Shown here piece by piece: positions 54,410 through 64,000 of a stretch of DNA of 64,000 nucleotides (position 1 is the stretch's first letter; every line of letters begins with the position of its first letter). Location: contig CM119267.1 of NCBI GenBank assembly GCA_051294375.1, positions 4,173,260-4,237,259 of the forward strand, written 5' to 3'. The stretch is from Paraspadella gotoi (Eukaryota > Animalia > Chaetognatha). The position numbers and the translations under genes are program-made. The notes beneath the pieces were generated by a model. The model did not search any database, was not told the DNA's origin, and was given only the letters and a program-made list of their open reading frames with translations.

Positions 54410-57400
54410 ATGTTAGGTGGCGAAGTTGTTCCAATCTCCGAATTTGAGGTAAACAAAAGACATGAATTTCGCATGAATTCCAATTCCAACTTTTATCAAT
54501 CTCTTCCGTCAGTCGCAAGGCCCCACCAGCGCCTACGAAGATCGCGTTAGAGTCTCTCGTCTCGTTTACTCCCAAGAAACCTTCGACAGCGTCGAATCGG
54601 CGACGGGCGGTCGGCCGCGCGATTCTCGCACGTGCACTCAACACTTACGTGACCAGTTGAAAAAGCGATGCGCGTGTTCGCGTGAAAAGGCCAAGAACGC
54701 GGTGCTCGATCAAATCCCGGTGCTGCGATGGCTGCCCAAGTACAAGATTGGGGAGAATCTCATTGGGGACATTATGTCCGGTTTCACAATTTCCGTCCTT
54801 CATTTACCGCAGGTGGAGCAAATATTGCAAATTATGCCTCAATACCAATAGTTTATCTTTAAAACGTCTTTTTTTAGTTGCGCCGCGAGGACTCGCGGTG
54901 CAACTTTTTAAGTTACTTTTCGGTCGGTCTGTCAGTCCATCGGTCTTTCCCACTTATGTTAAAAATGTATATAATTTGCGTATAGTTGTTCATTTGTTAA
55001 GATAAGGGACTGCTAGCGCCACCTTCAGTAACTCCTAAAAATATAAGACGGAATTTTGATGCATTGCATGTCATAAATACACGTAAAAAAAGTTTTTTAG
55101 TCATATCATATCAAAAAGAAATACACGTGAAAATTAAATCACTGCGGCGCAACACATTGGAATGACCGTTCTTGTTTTGTGACATTATTACATTACATTA
55201 CATTATCCCTCAGGGCATGGCCTACGGAATGCTGGCCGAGCTCCCAGCCATCAACGGCCTTTACACCTCATTTTTCCCGCCTCTCGTTTATTTCCTCTTC
55301 GGCACGTCCCGCCACATTTCGTTGGGGACGATGGCGGTAGTAGCCCTAATGACCGGCGCATCCACCGAAGCTCTGGCTCTTAAGAAGATGCCCTATTCGT
55401 GTCCTCTACTAGCGGAGGTATTGGGCTTTGAAATTACGTAATCGATGAAAATCAATAGTTTGTTTGTCATGGATTTATTAAATAGAAGTCAAGTAATCAG
55501 ATGCGAACGCGATCGTGGTAATTTTACTTCGCTGAATTTTACCACAAAGGCTCTCACCAACTCAACGAGCAACTCGACCACGTCCTTCGACGCCGTCGAT
55601 TCCGAGGAATGCTTTGAGAATCTCAAAAAGGAGATCGCCTTCTCGTTGGCTCTTCTCATCGGCCTTCTCCAGGTACGACCAATAGCCTTTGATTTTGGGT
55701 CGCTCCACCTCTTCGGAATCCCCCAACCCTTTGCAGATTCTTTTAGGAATCTTCAAGTTTGGCTTCGTCGCCACCTACATGTCGGAGCCTCTGACCAAAG
55801 GCTTTACTACCGGCGCTGCGTGTCACGTGTTCACTGCGCAAGTCAAAGTGAGTTTCCCTTTCAATTCGGTTTTTCGAGTAGATTTTAGAACTTCGGGAAA
55901 AATTTTGTTTTGGAAATCAATTCTTAGTCATATGATTTTATCTTCGAAGTTGATGTATACGTAAATGTAACTTTAAATCCGAAGAATTTAGTTATTTTTT
56001 AATCGTAAGAAACTTATCAACTTCGAATGTAATTCAGTTATATTGATCAACTTTAATCCAACCTCACCCAATCAAATTTCTATGTTTTATTTCGATTATC
56101 CCCTCTTCCCCACTCGATACAATTTAGTATATAACCTCGATCTATCCGCCAAAGAAAAGCGGATTATTCAACCTGATTTACACGTACATCGGGATTTTTT
56201 CCCACATCAACCAAATCAATTGGGCCAGCGTGGTGACGGGTTTCATTATGATCGTCTTCATTTTTTTCGTCAAAAAGTGGCTGAGTCCCTTCGTCAAGCG
56301 GAAATTGTGGAAGTCGATGCCGATGCCGATTCCCGTCGATCTCCTCGCCGTCATCATCGGTAAATGCGGCGCCAAGGATTCGCGTTTGCCTGGGATAATT
56401 TAGTTATTGTTATTGTAAATCGCGTTTACAATTTTTTTTATTTTTTTTCTACTTCCTTATTTTTTTTTATTATTAAGATTTGTTTTTTTTTTAACTTTCT
56501 CTACTATGAGCAATTTCCCTTTATTTTCTATAGAAATTTATTCTTCTGTCTGCACCCACCAGTTTTTCCCATATATTGTTTTTCATAAAATAACAATTTT
56601 TTTTTTTTTTTTGACAGTTCACTATTATCTCTAAAAGCGATTTCCATGTATTAGCGTAGTCGCTTATAATATTTAGGGTCGTATTCGGGAAAGTGCGACC
56701 GAGCTCTTTCTTACTTGAAAAAAAAAAACAAATCCTTTTTTCTCTAAGGAACGGGGATTTCCTACGGAATCGATCTCGAGCATCGATTCGACGTTCCGAT
56801 CGTAGGAGACATTCCCGCCGGCATGCCCGTCCCTGCTTTGCCCACGGTCAGTCATTGGCCTCACGTGATTACCGACGCATTCGTCATCGCATTGGGTACG
56901 CGGCTGTGTCTGGGGAAAAAGGGAAAGTTATAAACTTTAAGCTGCCTTCTTACGCATTATCCTTATCTCCCTTTATTCCCCCGCCAATCCAGTGGCGTTC
57001 TCCATCGCCATCTCCGTGGCGAAGATCCTCGCCAAGAAGAATTCCTACGACGTGGACGCCAATCAAGAGCTGAAGGCGTTGGGGCTGGCGACGGCCGTCT
57101 CCTCCGCCTTCGCCTGTCACGTCGGTTCCAGCTCTCTTTCTCGAAGTCTGCTGCAAGAAGTCTCGGGGAAGACGCAACTCGCCGCCGTATTTTCCTCAAT
57201 CGTTATTTTGGGTGCGTCTTTGCTTACAATCGTGATTTATTTTGTTAACCTAATTTTTTCTTTTTTTTTGGACAGTTGTTCTTTTGGCGATCGGCCCCCT
57301 GTTTCGTTGCTTACCCCGCTGCGTCCTAGCGGCCATCATCATGGTGGCATTGCGCACCATGTTCTTGCAAACGCTGGACCTTCCGCGCCTCTGGCGGGTG

Positions 57401-58415
57401 TCGCGTTGGGACTTTGCCACTTGGGTTCTTACCTTTCTTTCTACCGTCATCCTCGACGTACCCTATGGATTGCTGGTCTGTTACCTGGAGATCTTGAGAC
57501 TTAATTTTAAAAATTAATCTATTTTACACAGGTGATGTATTTTCGTTTATCTTATTGTAGGTTGGAATCATCTTTTCCATTCTCCAAATCATGTACCGCG
57601 TCCAAACTCCCTACGCCTGTTCCTTGGGGAGAGTGGGCCACACCGAGATATACAAAGATCAGCGGGTTTATCGAGAGGCCGAGGAGATTCCAGGGCTTAA
57701 ACTCATCCGCTTCGAGAGTTTCCTCTTTTTCGGAAACCTCGAGTTTTTCAAGCGGAGCCTCGTTAAACTCGGAGGCTTCGATCCCATTGTTCACAAGATG
57801 AAAGTTGCCAAGGTAAACCGGATGCTTGTGTTCTGTTCCGTGTCTTAAAATACCTAGTGGTTTTGTTATACTAGAAAAAGAACATAGAAGAGATATGTGC
57901 TTTTGTTTTATACTCAGGCGAAGTCAAAAAGAGATAAATTGGCCAAACTGGCCGCTTCTTCGGACGCCTCGCATCCTTCTCCCCCCGCCCTTCCCGCCCT
58001 TCCCTTCGAATACCTCGTGCTCGACTGCTCCGCCATCAATTTTCTCGACTACGTGGGCGTGACCGGCCTCGGCGCCCTGATCGACGATTACGCGGCAGTT
58101 GGCGTCGTCGTCGTTCTAACCAATGTCAAAGCGGCGCTGCGGGAGATGATCCTCGCCTCCGGCGTCTCCGCTTCCATCCCTGACAGCGCCATCTTCCTCT
58201 CAAACCACGACGCCGTTCTTCGTTATCTTGGAGTCGCGGAGAGGCGACCCCTGGTGGCGGAGACGATGTCGGGAGAAGCGGACGAGAGCGAAGGAGGTCC
58301 GATGGTCGCGATGGAGGAAGATGCGCCGGCCACTTTGATCGTCGACGAAGCCGAAGTTTTCGTTTTAAGCCAAAGGGTTTCCAACGGCGAGGTTGGGGAA
58401 TTTTCGCGGCTTTGA
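54410..58415 (+). CDS. SLC26/SulP anion transporter (prestin/pendrin-like), about 11 exons
   Basis: WLPKY...[58 protein letters not shown] and a STAS domain ([10 protein letters not shown]). Confidence 0.92.
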
Positions 58416-59351
58416 ACAAAAAGAGAATTTATAAGGAGGGAAGAATCGTTTTAAATGTTCGGCTCGTGTGGTGGGGCAATCTCATCATTTAGACTGCTTT
58501 TTGTTGGGTTAAAAAATGTTGTTGCTCCAATGAATTTTAATTTTAGGTTACGAATTCTTATCCACATTTTATTAGTGTTGTTTTCTATTTGTATTTAAAA
58601 CCGTAAATATACACGAATATATTTGTCTTACTCATTATTTTGTGACAATTTCGTCACTTTCTACGATTCTCATTTTTCAAAAAGAATTCTTATGGAATTC
58701 TTGCGAATATTTCAACGTGAAATGAGAGATGTATTAGTTGTTAGAACGTTAGATCAGGAGTTTCATGACAATTAGTTAAATTTTTTTCAATCACCTTATT
58801 GCGGTTTAAACAAAACCACCAGATTATGTAGCTTTGAACTTGCCTGTTTGTCTAATAGATCTCCTGACTCTTATGTGGTTTTAAAATTTATGGGCTTTCG
58901 GTATTTCAATGTATTTTGCGATTACTTACGACAATTTCTTACGCTCGATCTACTAACATTTCATTTTGCTTTTTTAAAGAATTTATTCTTTCCTAGTCTG
59001 TTTTTATTGATGTTTTGTTTATATATGAAAATAGTTGTTAATGGTTTTACAATCTCATTGTTTTAAAAATTGAACGATACGGTTATCGTTAAAGCCTTAT
59101 AGACGATGAATGAATTGTTAAATTATTTTTACATTGGTGGTTTTTGACACTAGGGCGGTGATGTCGGAGAGAAAGGCAATCCAAATGATTCGGTAATAAA
59201 AACTTAGTTGGTTGTGCGTGCAGAGCGCCAACAGCGCCCTCTTGTTTTGGGCGCATCGTTTTCTCGCGTCGCGCGTCCACGCCGGACGTCGCTCCGGTTC
59301 GGTTCGGTGGGACCCACGCCCGGGATCCTAGAGTCACTATCTCGACTTTGA

Positions 59352-63440
<4,089 letters not shown>

Positions 63441-64000
63441 CGACTACATTCCGTTATCATAACATCGCATTCCCTTAATACTTTTCTTCGCTCTCTCCCC
63501 AATTCTTTTTCTTTTTTTGTCATCTTTTTTATTTCAAACTCTTCGGTTATTTTTAATTCGAGTATCCGAACCCTGTCTCTCTTCCAAGATCAAGATGTTA
63601 TTATTTCTTTCATTCTTTCTTTTCAACTCATTCTCATCGTCTTTTTCTTTCCTCCTCCGCTTAAGTTCCTTGCCAACTGTACCTCTTTTCATTTTTACTC
63701 TCTACACTTTTTTTTTCCGTGCTAATTGTTTATCAACAGTGGTGCAACATTTTGCTTTTTTTAATAAGCGTTAATTAGTAAGCCATTACTTCCCTGTTGC
63801 TTATTGAATATCTTGAAGTGTTATGCCTGTTGGCGTTCGGTTTTCGTCAGGTCTTTCTCCCTCTGTGTTTACATTTATGACAAAAAAAGTTCTTCGCATT
63901 CCATCTCGATTCCCGAATCCCGGTTTTTGTCTCGCCGCCATTAAATAAAGTTTATCGTGAACCTTATTCAAATATACATCTACTTGCTTGCTAAAAAAAA

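Overview
Gene-dense window from a compact animal (metazoan) genome, not a prokaryote. It has GC/CpG-rich exons, short AT-rich introns (mostly 50-400 nt) and about 22-23 protein-coding genes, about 20 of them on the + strand, often only 140-560 bp apart. Recognisable genes: SHP2/corkscrew, AKAP1, a tandem-PWWP protein, a TSSK kinase, EPT1/SELENOI, CARS2, YME1L1, CREG, SMIM14 (missed by the ORF track), a PP2C, RPB9, MTCH, a KIM-type PTP, USP25/28, MED8, Miro, an SLC26 transporter and SEC14L1. Most notable observations: (1) an ASDURF-like prefoldin microprotein encoded as an overlapping uORF on MED8 rather than on ASNSD1, with a leaky-scanning signature; (2) a complete 740-bp TRIM with tRNA-derived Pol III promoter boxes inside both LTRs, PBS, PPT and 4-bp TSD, in a SEC14L1 intron; (3) a ~2-kb foldback element with ~910-bp arms and an unusual 28-bp flanking direct repeat; (4) an apparent excess of GC-AG introns with degenerate intronic donor consensus; (5) operon-like packing with unpaired splice acceptors suggestive of SL trans-splicing. 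Exon boundaries were traced by eye and homology calls come from remembered family motifs, not from searches.
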